Positions 49,190 to 60,384 are shown, counted from the first letter of the stretch. The stretch is 64,000 nt of DNA from Gemmatimonadales bacterium (GCA_965249575.1 OZ252244.1:2880001-2944000), one strand, 5' to 3'. Made by a program: numbers and translations. Notes: generated by a model from the letters alone, not told the origin.

Positions 49190-51423
49190 ATGACCCGTAG
49201 GGTTGGGCGAACGCTGCGCCTGAGCGTCCCAGCGTTTACCGTCGGCGTGCTCGCGGTTGTGGCAGCGCTTGGGTGGAAGATCGGTCCGCCGGGGGCGTCC
49301 GGTCCGAAGGGCGGCGTGCACGCCCCGTTGCCGTGTGGCGGAGATGATCCAGCCCGGGTCGCGCCGGCGGCGGACTTGTATTGTTTCGACCTCATCCCCC
49401 GGCCGGATGTTCGAGAGGCCACTGGCTCCGTCGAGCTCGGTCGCGTTCGGTCCCCGTTTGATATCTCCGTATCCCGCGACGGACATCAGCTATACGAGAT
49501 CGCCGTCTCACTCGACGGTCTCCCGGATCCACGCTCGCTCGGCGCATACACGGCATACGTCGCCTGGGTCACGACTCCGCATCTCGATCCCGTGGTGAAG
49601 CTCGGCGAAGTCGGGAACGGGCGGGCGCGGCTTGGCCGCGTGGCGTTCAACAAATTTCTCGTCCTCATCAGCGCTGAGGCGACCTCGAGCGTGGAAACGC
49701 GATCGGGGCGGCTGATGCTCCGGGGGAACTCGCCCAGTGTTCGCTTGCAGCGGCACGACATGCTATTGCTTGGCCCGGGCAGACGGTCACCGGCGGGATC
49801 GGGTAGTAAAACGGATGGAGCGCAGGCACCCGGCGGACCCACTAACGTTGGGTGGACCGCACCGCCGATGAACCCCGCCGTTCCGAGAATGATGCCGGGG
49901 CTCGATGGGTTGGTGCCGAGCGCGAATCCGTTTCTACCGGGGCAGGGGACTGATCCGGGCAGCCTCCCGGCAGCGCGGCCGAGCGAGATCGTGGAGCTTC
50001 AGGACGGTGACACGCTGGCGCTCGAGGCGGTGCTGGTACGCCGGATCATCGAGGGCCGCGAGTTCCGCATGTACGGGTTCAACGGGCAGTATCCGGACCC
50101 CTGATCAAGGTCCGCGAGAACGCCACCGTTGTCGTACGTTTCACCAATCACATCGACATGCCAACGACGGTGCATTGGCACGGCCTGCGTCTCGAAAACC
50201 GGTTTGACGGCGTCCCAGTGGTCACCCAGAAACTCGTCCGGCCCGAAGAGACCTTCTTCTACCGGTTGACCTTCCCTGACCCCGGCGTCTACTGGTATCA
50301 CCCCCATCACCGAGAGGATATTCAGCAGGACCTTGGTCTGTACGGCAACATGCTGGTCGAATCGCCGCGCGCGTCGTATTTCGGCCTGGCGAACCGAGAG
50401 GAAGTGCTCGTTCTCGACGACCTGCTCATCGGAACCAGTGGGCTGATGCCTTACGGTCGGGAGAACGCTACCCACGCGCTGATGGGACGATTCGGAAACG
50501 TCCATCTCGTCAACGGGGAGCCTGACTACGCGGCGCGGGTCCGACTCGGAGAAGTCGTACGCTTCTTCGTGACGAACGTGTCGAACACACGCACATACAA
50601 CGTCGCCTTTGGAACGGCGCGGATGAAGCTTGTGGGGGCCGACCTCGGCAAATTCGAGAACGAGGAGTGGGTCGATCACATGTCGATCGCGCCGGCCCAG
50701 CGATACATCGTGGAGGTCGGGTTCGGGGAGCCCGGACAGATCGCGCTTACGAACCGCGTGCAGGCGATCGACTACACCGTCGGAGCGTTCCTCGCGGAAG
50801 TCGATACGTTGGGCGTATTTGAGGTGGCGTCCGAACGGGCTCAGCCCGATTACACGGCGGCGTTCGCGAACCTCAGGTCCAACACCGATGTCGCAGCAGA
50901 TATCGAGCGGTACCGTCGGTATTTCGATCGTCCTCCGGACCACGAGCTGACGCTCACCCTCGAAATAACCGATCTCCCCTTTCCGCTTGTCCGCCTGCTC
51001 AACATGGATCGGGCGTACTTCCATCCCATCGAGTGGAGCGGCACGATGCCGATGATGGACTGGCTCCCGACCAGTCACGAAGTAGCCTGGATCCTTCGGG
51101 ACGTGGCTACGGGCGAAGTGAACATGGATATCGCTTGGCGGTTCCGCGTCGGTGATGTGGTGAAGATTCGTCTGTCCAACGACCGGAATACCGTCCACGC
51201 CATGTCGCACCCCATCCATCTGCACGGCCAGCGATTCTTGGTGCTCAGTCACGACGGCGTGGCGAACGAGAATTTGGTATGGAAGGACACAATGCTGCTG
51301 CCGGTTGGATCGACCGCCGACATCCTGCTCGAGGTGACGAACCCAGGGAAGTGGATGATGCACTGCCACATCGCGGAGCACCTCGAGGCCGGGATGATGG
51401 CGATGTTTGTCGTCGACCCGTAA
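49190..51423 (+). CDS. Multicopper oxidase, frameshifted near 50097
   Basis: YGFNGQYP(G)PLIKV is restored by one G; HWHG, WYHPH, HPIHLHG, HCHIAEHLEAGMM copper motifs. Confidence 0.93.
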
Positions 51424-51504
51424 GGCTCGCCCCTGCACCGGGAAACGCTGGAACGACTCCCGCGGCCCATCGCGCATTGCACACCATCGAATGAGGAATC
51501 CGTC

Positions 51505-52929
51505 ATGCGTCTGTCGACCGTGCTTCTTGTACTTCACGCCGTCCTGATCAACCCGTTGGCTGCCCAGACGGCATCCCAGCTCAGTGAGGCGGCCCGAGCG
51601 TTCGTCGCCGTCGAGAATCCGATGATCGCGCTCACCCACGTGCGGGTCGTGGACGGAACCGGCGCCCCCCCCGCCGAGGACCAGACCGTACTCATCGCCG
51701 ATGGAATGATCCGGGCCGTGGGGCAAGTGGACGACGTCACGGTTCCAAGCGGCGCCAGCGTGATGGATCTTACCGGCCAGACGGTCATCCCCGGAATGTT
51801 CGGGCTTCACAACCACACCTTCTATACGACGGCGGCCGGTCGCCGGGCTCAACTGAACGTGAGCGCCCCTCGTCTCTATCTGGCGAGTGGCATCACCAGC
51901 ATTCGGACGACTGGCGCCATATCCCCCTACAGCGAGATCAGCCTGCGGGCAGCCATCGAAGCGGGTGAGATTCCCGGACCCAGGATGCACATCACCGGTC
52001 CGTATATCTCGGGTCCGGACAACCAAGTGCACCGCGCGCACGTGTCCACCCCCGAAGGCGCACGCCGGGTCGTTGCCTACTGGGCCGAGGAGGGAGTGCC
52101 CTGGTTCAAGGTGTACTCGGGTATCAGCCGGAGAGAGCTCGAAGCCGTTATCGATGAGGCGCATCGTCGCGGCGTCAAAGTGACCGGTCACTTGTGGTCG
52201 GTGACGTTTCCGGAGGCGGTGACGCTGGGCATCGACAATCTCGAACACGGGTTTCTCACGAACTCGGAGTACGACGCCGGAAAGGTCCCGGATGCGTGCC
52301 CTCCAAGGATGCGATCCAACCTCGTGGGCGTCGATATTCAGGGCGATCGCGTCCAGAACACGATCCGGAATCTTGTCGAGCGTGGGGTCCCCCTCACCTG
52401 AACTCTGGCGGTGTACGAGCACAATGTGCCCAATCGCCCTCCGCTGGAACAACGCGTGGTGGACGCGCTTCTCCCGGACGCACGGGAGGAGTACCTGACG
52501 GCTCGTGCGCGCATCGCGGAGCTTGCAGCGACGTCTCCGATGCCCGCGCTCTTCAAGAAGGCGATGGAGTTCGAGGTGGCGTTTGTGAGGGCCGGAGGGC
52601 TGCTGGCGGCCGGCGTGGATCCGACAGGAATCGGCGGCGCGCTTCCGGGATTCGGCGACCAGCGAAATTTCGAGCTTCTGGTCGAGGCGGGGTTTACCGG
52701 AGTCGAAGTCGTTCAGATCATGAGCGCAAACGGGGCTCGGGTATTGGGCGAGATCAACCGGCTCGGAACGGTGAGCGTCGGAAAGATTGCAGACCTCGTC
52801 GTGATCAACGGAGATCCGACCCGGACCCCCTCAGATATCAAGAGCGTTACGGTGGTTTTCAAGGACGGAGTCGGCTACGACTCTGCCAAGCTCATACAAT
52901 CGGTCGAGGGGCTCGTGGGACTACGGTAG
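51505..52929 (+). CDS. Exported amidohydrolase-family protein with an in-frame TGA at 52399-52401
   Basis: PGMFGLHNH, YLASG.TS.RTTG, DNLEHG, AGVDPTG.GG, GKIADLVV; collinear with the downstream paralog across the stop. Confidence 0.88.
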
Positions 52930-53022
52930 AGCTCCGTACAACGGTGGCTCGGATCCACCGTTCGTCGCCAGGGGCGCGGGGACGCCTGCGCTGGCCTCAA
53001 CGTTAAACCGAGGAGTTACAAC

Positions 53023-54443
53023 GTGCGGTCGATCGTCTCAACCCTGCTGGGCGCCAGCCTGACAGCGACGCCCGTCGTTGCACAGTCAGCGTCGTCTTTG
53101 TCACCGGCAGTTCGTGAGGTCGTTTCGGTCAGCGCCCCCGTTGTGGCGTTGACCCATGTCCAGGTTGTCGACGGGACCGGTGCACCGCCGGCACTCGACC
53201 AGACGATCGTCATCGCTAACGGGACCATTCGGGCAGTCGGCGATGCGGGGACGGTCCGCGTGCCACCGGACGCGCGGGTCCTGGATCTGGAGGGGCACAC
53301 GGTGATCCCGGGGTTGATCGGCCTGCACGACCACTCCTACTACGGAGCCGCCGGGTGGATCAGCACGTTCTCGCCGATCAGCAGTCCGCGCCTCTATCTC
53401 GCCTCAGGTGTCACGACCATTCGGACCACGGGGAGCCGGGCTCCCTACGAGGAATTGAACCTGTGGCGGGCGATCGAGCGCGGCGAGACCGTGGGTCCCA
53501 GGATGTTCGTAACAGGGCCGTACATCACCGGAGGGGATGGGAACACGGGCATGATGGTTCGGGTGAATACTCCCGAAGATGCACGGCGTGTCGTCCGGTA
53601 TTGGGCCGAGGAGGGTGTCACGTGGTTCAAGGCCTACAACCGGATCTCTCGGGCGGAGCTCGGCGCGGCGATCGACGAGGCCCATCGGCACGGGGTGCAG
53701 GTGACCGCCCACCTTTGCTCGGTGGGATTCCGGGAAGCCGTCGCCCTCGGGATCGACAACATCGAGCACGGGCTACTCACGAACTCCGAGTACAATCCAG
53801 ACAAGCAACCGGATGCCTGCCCGCGGGCCCTGGACTGGACGACCGTCGATGTACAGAGCGAGGAGGTACAAGCCACCTTCCGGGACATGGTGGCAAACGA
53901 TGTGGCGATGACGTCCACACTCGTCGTGTACGAGCTGTTCATTCCGAATCGGCCGCCCCTTGAGCAGCGAGTGCTGGATGCCATGTATCCCGATGCGCGG
54001 ACGGGATACCTCACCGCGCGGGCCAAGCTGGGGGAGCCAGGCGCATTTGGAGTCTCTGACGCCGCCTTCAAGAAGGCAATGGAATACGAGTATGCGTTCG
54101 TCAGGCCGGTGGGTTGCTAGCGTCCGGGGTTGACCCCACCGGCAACGGAGGCGCGCTTCCGGGGTACGGCGATCAGCGGCAACACGAGCTCCTGATCGAG
54201 GCCGGCTTTACCCCTGTTGAGGCCATTCAGATCATTACTGCAAACGGTGCCAAGGTACTCGACGCCTACGATCGATTCGGATCGGTGACGCCCGGAAAGC
54301 TTGCCGACCTAGTCGTGATCGATGGTGACCCGATCGGCGATCCGGCTCAGATCCGAAACGTGGCGATCGTTTTCAAGGAAGGAGTCGGATACGATTCGCC
54401 CAAGTTGATCGAATCGGTGCGTGGATTGGTGGGGCTACGGTAG
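53023..54443 (+). CDS. Exported amidohydrolase-family protein (tandem paralog), frameshifted near 54105
   Basis: PGLIGLHDH, AHLCSV, DNIEHG; one extra G restores AFVRAGGLLASGVDPTG as in the paralog. Confidence 0.88.
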
Positions 54444-54475
54444 AGCCGCCCATGATCACGGCGCCCGGCGTTGCG

Positions 54476-54670
54476 CTAGAGGCCCAACAGCCTCGCTGCG
54501 TTCAGGCCGGCGATGGCCGCTCGGGCACCTTCCTCGACGTCGAGTCGGCTCAAGCTCTCCCGCATCTCGGCCAGACTCCCGATCTTGTGCGGATAGTCGC
54601 TGCCCGCCAACAGGTGGTCGGTTCCGGCAAATTCGATGGCGAGCTGGAGAGCCCGGAGATCGAAGTTCGC
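54476..54670 (-). pseudogene. C-terminal remnant of an amidohydrolase_2 (ACMSD-like) protein
   Basis: NFDLRALQLAIEFAGTDHLLAGSDYPH...IAGLNAARLLGL*; about 64 codons, no N-terminal part. Confidence 0.8.
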
Positions 54671-54843
54671 GCCAGCGGTGGCCTCCTTTGACGATAACGG
54701 TCCAAGACCGGGCGCCCTTGCACGCGCCACTCAGTGCGGCGTAGTATACCGCCTCGGCTGGACGGCGGTTAGCGAGGCACCGCGGCGAGCTGTTCAGCGA
54801 TCGATGTCTTCCACGCGCGACTCGACCCCCTCTGGAGGTTGGC

Positions 54844-56265
54844 ATGACTCACCGATGCTGGCTCGTCCGTTTTCTGACTGTGATCGGAGCGCTCGCTCTC
54901 GTCTCGGTCGGTGTCTCTTCGGTGGCCGCGCAGGATCCGATGCAAAGTCTGAGGGAGCCACACATCGGTGGAAGCCGGAACATGCACGTCCTGGCCCATA
55001 TCCCCTTGGGTGCGTGGTCCACGGTGATGGACATTGAAATGGAACAAGAGCTCTCGCGCCCCTACGTGTATGTGGCGCGAGCCGATTGGCGCCGGGGTGC
55101 GTACGCCGATTCGAAGGTGCCATCAACCAAGGGTGTCGATATCATCGATATCAAAGACCCCACAAATGCAAAGGTGATTTACTCGTGGCGGATCGAGCAG
55201 GGCGATCTCCACCAGGGGACAGGCGGGATGGACAACAAGTACTTCAAACTCAATCGCCGGTACTATGACATTCAGTCCACGCAGTTCCGGTCTGGTGGGC
55301 CGAATACGGACATGGGTGCCGTCGTGCTCGACGTTACAAGCCTTCCGGACATTTCGGGGGTGAAAGAAGTCGGTCGCCTAAAGGCGCCGGATGCCCCGGG
55401 TGGCTTTCACAACATCTTCATGTACAAGCATTCTGACGGGCGAGCCATCCTGTTTACGACCGCCGGTAATCCCGGCGCGCGCATGTACGATATGGAACGT
55501 TTTCTAAGCGGGGCGGGCGATCAGGGCATGATCGGGCGCGTGCCCGTGCCGGAGGGTCCCGTTTCACCCAGGCAGCCAGGTTATCACGACATGTACGTGG
55601 GATACGATCCGGCGACCCGTCAGGACAAGTTCTACGGGGGCGGGACGGGGGGGTACCACGTCTACGACGTCACGAACACCGAGAACATCAAGCTGGTCAC
55701 GTCCGTTACCGGAGTAGCCGGCGTGCGGGGTGGCCACACGATGACGCCGACGTCGGATGGGCGCTACCTCGTGACGGAGACCGAGTATCAGTACACGCCG
55801 CTTAGACTCTTCGATCTGAAGCCTGGGCTGGATGGTGAGGTCAAGACGATCTCGCGACCAGTGGGAGCCTGGCTGAATTCCTGGGACGGCAATCCCCACA
55901 ACCACGAAGTGCGTTGGCCCTACGTGTTCGTGTCGGGCTACATGGATGGGATACAGGTGTTCAACATGATGGATCCCACCAACCCCTATACGGTAGGGTA
56001 TTACTATATCTGCGACTGCACGCTCCCCGCGGGCGCGGATGGAGCGGGGCAACGAGGGGGTATGAACGGGACGTTTGGGGTGGACGTGCGGAATGCCGAT
56101 GGCCTAGTCGTCGCGAGCGATCGCAACAGCGGATTCTGGGCCTTGAAGATGGATGGTTTCGACGGCTGGAATGGGAACCAGTGGGGAGTGCCGAACATCT
56201 CGAGCGTTCAGGACTGGGACAACGGCCCAAAGGGAGCCCGCGCGACCAGAGTCAGCACCAAGTAG
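54844..56265 (+). CDS. Exported His-rich beta-propeller protein (LVIVD/choice-of-anchor-B-like)
   Basis: GGAGG RBS; signal peptide; DI.DP.N, FHNIF, YHDMYV, GHT, PHNHEV, Y.DG.QVF.M.DP.NP...GYY. Confidence 0.78.
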   Translation: MTHRCWLVRFLTVIGALALVSVGVSSVAAQDPMQSLREPHIGGSRNMHVLAHIPLGAWSTVMDIEMEQELSRPYVYVARADWRRGAYADSKVPSTKGVDIIDIKDPTNAKVIYSWRIEQGDLHQGTGGMDNKYFKLNRRYYDIQSTQFRSGGPNTDMGAVVLDVTSLPDISGVKEVGRLKAPDAPGGFHNIFMYKHSDGRAILFTTAGNPGARMYDMERFLSGAGDQGMIGRVPVPEGPVSPRQPGYHDMYVGYDPATRQDKFYGGGTGGYHVYDVTNTENIKLVTSVTGVAGVRGGHTMTPTSDGRYLVTETEYQYTPLRLFDLKPGLDGEVKTISRPVGAWLNSWDGNPHNHEVRWPYVFVSGYMDGIQVFNMMDPTNPYTVGYYYICDCTLPAGADGAGQRGGMNGTFGVDVRNADGLVVASDRNSGFWALKMDGFDGWNGNQWGVPNISSVQDWDNGPKGARATRVSTK

Positions 56266-56386
56266 TTCGCGAGCCGTGAGTGGGTCGGACGTGGGTCGTG
56301 AGTGGGATCCCAATGCTGCGGCAGCCTCTGTTTAGGTGCCCAGGCGTTACTTGCCACTGCTGCCCACGACTCCCCCCTCACTACGA

Positions 56387-56851
56387 CTAGTCTTGCGTGA
56401 CGATGTCGTTCTTGAGTGACGAGACGATCGCGAGCAATTCGTCTTTCTCCTGCACCGGCACACGGTGTTCTTCGAGCGTCGCCACTAGATACTTGACGGC
56501 GGTGCCCCAGTCGGCTTTGGTAATCTCCAGGTCTTCGTGCGCCGTGCGCATATCCAATCCGACGTAGACGCACGGCCCGCCGGTCGCGGCGCAAAGTTGG
56601 TCCACGATCATCTGACGCACCCGTTTTTTGCCGAACTCGTCGAGATCGGCGAAGAAGGCCTCGATGCTGGGGTCTCCGAGCATTTTCGCGAGAAAGACGT
56701 CCGTGACGGATGCCAGAGCATCATATCCGCCGACGCGCTGATACAGCGTGGCATTCGTAGGCGTCGGCTGGGTCGCCGGCGGGGGGTTCGTGCACCGTGC
56801 GAATGAGCCCGTTACGATGGCTGCCCACCCGATCAACAATACCGTCCGCAT
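56387..56851 (-). CDS. Group I truncated haemoglobin with N-terminal export/lipoprotein-like signal
   Basis: TLYQRVGG, F......DP....FF, QLCAATGGPCVY.G.DM..AH..L.IT; GGAGG before ATG 56851. Confidence 0.92.
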   Translation of the reverse strand: MRTVLLIGWAAIVTGSFARCTNPPPATQPTPTNATLYQRVGGYDALASVTDVFLAKMLGDPSIEAFFADLDEFGKKRVRQMIVDQLCAATGGPCVYVGLDMRTAHEDLEITKADWGTAVKYLVATLEEHRVPVQEKDELLAIVSSLKNDIVTQD

Positions 56852-57131
56852 GGTCCCTCCAAAGCTCGATTCTAGCCGCTGGTTGTCCGGAAATCTCACG
56901 ACGAGTGAGCACGGGGCGCACACTACCTTCACCCTGCCGTCGTCGTCGAGCCTGTTCACGCTCTAACTAGAAGGCCGGATGGTGTTCTTCGTTCGTGTCC
57001 GCTGCGGCGCAATTTGCGGATCCTCGAGACACCGCACAAGGGCGTCCGCGGAGTTTCACTGGCGCCACTTTTCGCGTTTGGGTACAATCCACTACCGGGC
57101 GCCGCGGAGCGCCATTCGAATCAGGGGGTAG

Positions 57132-58991
57132 ATGCGAGTTATGGAAGCGCGACGAGCGCGGGGATTCTCAAATGCCTGGATCGAAGCGCGTGAGTTGATC
57201 TGGGCGCACCGGCGGCGCTTGGCCATCGGGCTCGGGTTGATGTTGATCAACCGCCTCGCCGGGCTCGTGCTCCCGGGGTCGTCCAAGTTTCTGATCGATG
57301 AGGTTATTGGCAATCAGCGGTATGATCTGCTCGTGACCATCGCGCTCGCCGCCGGGGGGGCGACGCTGATCCAGGCAGCCACGTCCTTTTCCCTGTCACA
57401 GGTGCTCGGAGTAGCCGCGCATCGTGCCATCACCGATATGCGCAGGACGGTCGAAGCGCATGTCATGCGGTTGCCAATACGGTTTTTCGACTCGACGAAA
57501 ACGGGCGTGCTGATTTCCCGTATCATGACGGACGCCGAGGGCATCAGGAATCTCGTCGGCAATGGTCTCGTGCAACTGAGTGGCGGGCTCGTCACCGCAA
57601 CCATCGCGCTGGGCGTGCTGTTCTATCTCAATTGGCGTCTCACATCCGTCACGATACTCGTGCTCGCGGTGTTCGGCGGCGCCATGGCCGTTGCGTTCAG
57701 CAAGATCCGCCCGCTGTTCCGGGAGCGTGGCAAGATCAACGCCGAGGTCACGGGACGGCTGAGTGAGGGGCTGAGCGGTGTCCGCGTCGTGAAGGCCTAT
57801 ACCGCTGAGCGGCATGAGCAGCTCGTGTTCGCCCGCGGCGTGCACCGACTGTTTCGTAACGTGGCCCGATCGATCACTGCCGTCTCGGGCATTTCGGCTT
57901 TCTCGACACTCGTGGTCGGCAGCATCGGCGTGCTGATGATCATCGTCGGCGGCCGGTCGATTCTAGCTGGTGCCATGACGCTCGGTGACTTCGTCATGTA
58001 CATTTTCTTCACGGGGCTCGTCGCGGCGCCGCTCGTACAAATCGCCTCCATTGGTACCCAGATCAGTGAGGCATTCGCCGGGCTAGACAGGATTCGAGAC
58101 ATTCGACAGATGGCGACAGAAGGGGATGAGGAGCGGGGGCGGCGACGCCTGGAGGGCGTGCGTGGAGACGTAGCGTTCGAGGACGTGAGCTTTGAGTACA
58201 CAGCGGGCGTGCCGGTCCTCAAGCACGTGTCCTTCGATGCGCCCGCGAGCTCGACGACGGCGCTCGTGGGTTCGAGCGGATCGGGCAAGAGCACCCTCAT
58301 CAGTCTGGTGATGACGTTCAACCGCCCGGCTTCGGGACGGGTGTCCGTCGACGGCCATGACCTGAGCAAGGTGCGCCTCAGCGACTATCGCTCCCATTTG
58401 GGAGTGGTGTTACAGGACAATTTCCTGTTCGACGGGACGATCGCGGAGAACATCGGGTACGCCCATCCGCGAGCCACGCGCGAACGCATCCGGGAAGACA
58501 GTCGCATCGCACATTGTGCGGAGTTCATCGAAAAGTTCCCGGACGGATATGACACGGTGGTTGGGGAGCGCGGTGTGAGGCTTTCGGGCGGCCAGCGCCA
58601 GCGGATTGCCATTGCCAGGGCCATTCTGGCCGATCCGAAGATCCTCATCCTCGATGAGGCCACGTCCAGTCTCGACAGCGAGAGCGAGGCACAGATTCAA
58701 GACGGGTTGCGCTCGCTCCGCCGTGGCCGGACCACATTCGTGATCGCCCATCGATTGTCGACCATTCAGAGTGCCGACCAGATTCTCGTGCTCGAAGATG
58801 GAGAGATCGTTGAGCGCGGAACCCACCACGAACTGCTCCAGGTCGACGGCCGGTACAAGCAGCTCTACGATAGACAATATCGCGTCGAGCTCAACCGGTT
58901 CATCAATCCTGGCGAGGACTTTACGCCAGATCCCCCTGACGCCCTCGAGTCAGTCGCTGATTCGGGTTCGGGAGGACCGACCACACTCTAA
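57132..58991 (+). CDS. ABC exporter, fused permease/ATPase (MsbA/MdlB-like)
   Basis: Six TMs; GSSGSGKST, LSGGQRQR, ILILDEATSSLD, IAHRLST. Confidence 0.96.
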   Translation: MRVMEARRARGFSNAWIEARELIWAHRRRLAIGLGLMLINRLAGLVLPGSSKFLIDEVIGNQRYDLLVTIALAAGGATLIQAATSFSLSQVLGVAAHRAITDMRRTVEAHVMRLPIRFFDSTKTGVLISRIMTDAEGIRNLVGNGLVQLSGGLVTATIALGVLFYLNWRLTSVTILVLAVFGGAMAVAFSKIRPLFRERGKINAEVTGRLSEGLSGVRVVKAYTAERHEQLVFARGVHRLFRNVARSITAVSGISAFSTLVVGSIGVLMIIVGGRSILAGAMTLGDFVMYIFFTGLVAAPLVQIASIGTQISEAFAGLDRIRDIRQMATEGDEERGRRRLEGVRGDVAFEDVSFEYTAGVPVLKHVSFDAPASSTTALVGSSGSGKSTLISLVMTFNRPASGRVSVDGHDLSKVRLSDYRSHLGVVLQDNFLFDGTIAENIGYAHPRATRERIREDSRIAHCAEFIEKFPDGYDTVVGERGVRLSGGQRQRIAIARAILADPKILILDEATSSLDSESEAQIQDGLRSLRRGRTTFVIAHRLSTIQSADQILVLEDGEIVERGTHHELLQVDGRYKQLYDRQYRVELNRFINPGEDFTPDPPDALESVADSGSGGPTTL

Positions 58992-59037
58992 CCGCGTCAC
59001 CCGAGTGCCGACCACACTGCAACCACATCGTACCGGC

Positions 59038-60384
59038 TCACGAGAAGCGTGATGGCAGGGCCCCTCCATCGCCTGACGTCCACGGGATTGGGACGGGCGG
59101 CCCGCCGTTCGGCAGGTTGCGACAGGCTTCGAGGAGCCGGTCGGTGGTCGCCGGTTCGATTCCCCCATAAGCGCAGAGCTCGTGGGTTTTTGCGTCGATC
59201 TCTTCGTCCATGAGGGGGACCTCCGGATCTCCGCGGGCGGTCGACCGGTCGATCCGTACACATCGACCGCCGGATGTACACACCTCTACGGCCGCGCCCC
59301 ACTCACGGGGATAGGCCCTGGCGAGCGTTTCGTCGACCTGAACGTTGGTTTTTGTTAACAATCGGCGCAACGCCTCGTCGGCGAGGCCGTCATCATCAAA
59401 CGAACGCATGCCCACCCGCCCGTGGAGCAGGGCCGTCCCTACGCAAAACTGCATGCTGAACCGGGCCGCATATGGGGAAAAGGGATTCGGATTGTCCGTG
59501 AGGGCGAGAGCCGCTGGATAGCTGGAGACCGTGACGCGCTCGACTTCCCCCGCCATCGGTTCAGGCGGCCCGAGCTCAGTCCTTGCCGCAAGTGCGGCAT
59601 CGATCGCCGGGTGCGTATGGCGGCATGATGGATAGGGTTTCAGTGAGGTCTCGGTGAGCTTCCAATCGTTTCCCGGTGCGAGCACTCGGCTGGGGTCGGC
59701 GTTGGGGCAAAAGCCGGCGAAGAATCCCCGGGCCCCTTCCAGAATCGCCGCCGGACCAGTGAACCCAGCCCGAGCGAGTAGCGCGGATCGCGCACCCGCC
59801 TGCGCCGCGTGTCCCGCGTGCAGATGCTTGGACATGGTCGCGTCTTCGTTGAACTGCCACAGCCCTCCGGCCTGCGTGCCCGCATTCCCCAACGCCCACC
59901 CCCACTGCCGCTCGTCGAGCTCGAGGATGGTCGCTGCCGCCGCCGCCGCCCCGAAAACGCCCGCGGTCGCTGTGTTGTGGAAGGTGCGATAGTGCTCCGA
60001 CCCGAGGGCCTCACCCACCCGGAGCATGACCTCGTAGCCGGCGAGGACAGCGCGAAGCGCAGCCCGCCCGCTTGCTCCAAAAGTGCCGGCGAAGATCAGC
60101 GCGGTCGGGATGACCACACACGCCGGGTGTGTCGTCGACGCGCGGTGCAGGTCGTCAGTCTCCGTGATGTGGGATAGCGCCGCGGCAAGGAACACACGGT
60201 CTTCTTCGCTGGGGCGGCCCTCTGCGTACGAGCGCAGGATGCGCCCAGGAGTGGTTGCACCGCCAGCCGCCGCGGCGCCAAGCCAGTCACGTACGTACCG
60301 GCTGGCGGAGACCAGATGCTCGTCGGTGACCTTGGCAGAACGGACGAGCTTGGTGAGCGACTGCGTGAGCGTCAGGGGGGTCAC
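59038..60384 (-). CDS. MmgE/PrpD family protein
   Basis: SH..E.DDLH....HP, GYEV..RVG, FHNT.T.G.FG, K.LHAG.AA, KPYPSCRHTH, ARFS..F. Confidence 0.92.
   Translation of the reverse strand: MTPLTLTQSLTKLVRSAKVTDEHLVSASRYVRDWLGAAAAGGATTPGRILRSYAEGRPSEEDRVFLAAALSHITETDDLHRASTTHPACVVIPTALIFAGTFGASGRAALRAVLAGYEVMLRVGEALGSEHYRTFHNTATAGVFGAAAAAATILELDERQWGWALGNAGTQAGGLWQFNEDATMSKHLHAGHAAQAGARSALLARAGFTGPAAILEGARGFFAGFCPNADPSRVLAPGNDWKLTETSLKPYPSCRHTHPAIDAALAARTELGPPEPMAGEVERVTVSSYPAALALTDNPNPFSPYAARFSMQFCVGTALLHGRVGMRSFDDDGLADEALRRLLTKTNVQVDETLARAYPREWGAAVEVCTSGGRCVRIDRSTARGDPEVPLMDEEIDAKTHELCAYGGIEPATTDRLLEACRNLPNGGPPVPIPWTSGDGGALPSRFS

Noticed and set aside
52399..52401. Selenocysteine or UGA recoding
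   Set aside because: The position aligns to Ser in the paralog, not Cys; no evident SECIS; TGA terminates many genes here.
49999..52452. 817-aa antisense ORF, and similar long shadow ORFs such as 12751..14271
   Set aside because: They mirror well-supported genes on the opposite strand, as expected in high-GC DNA, and show no motifs.
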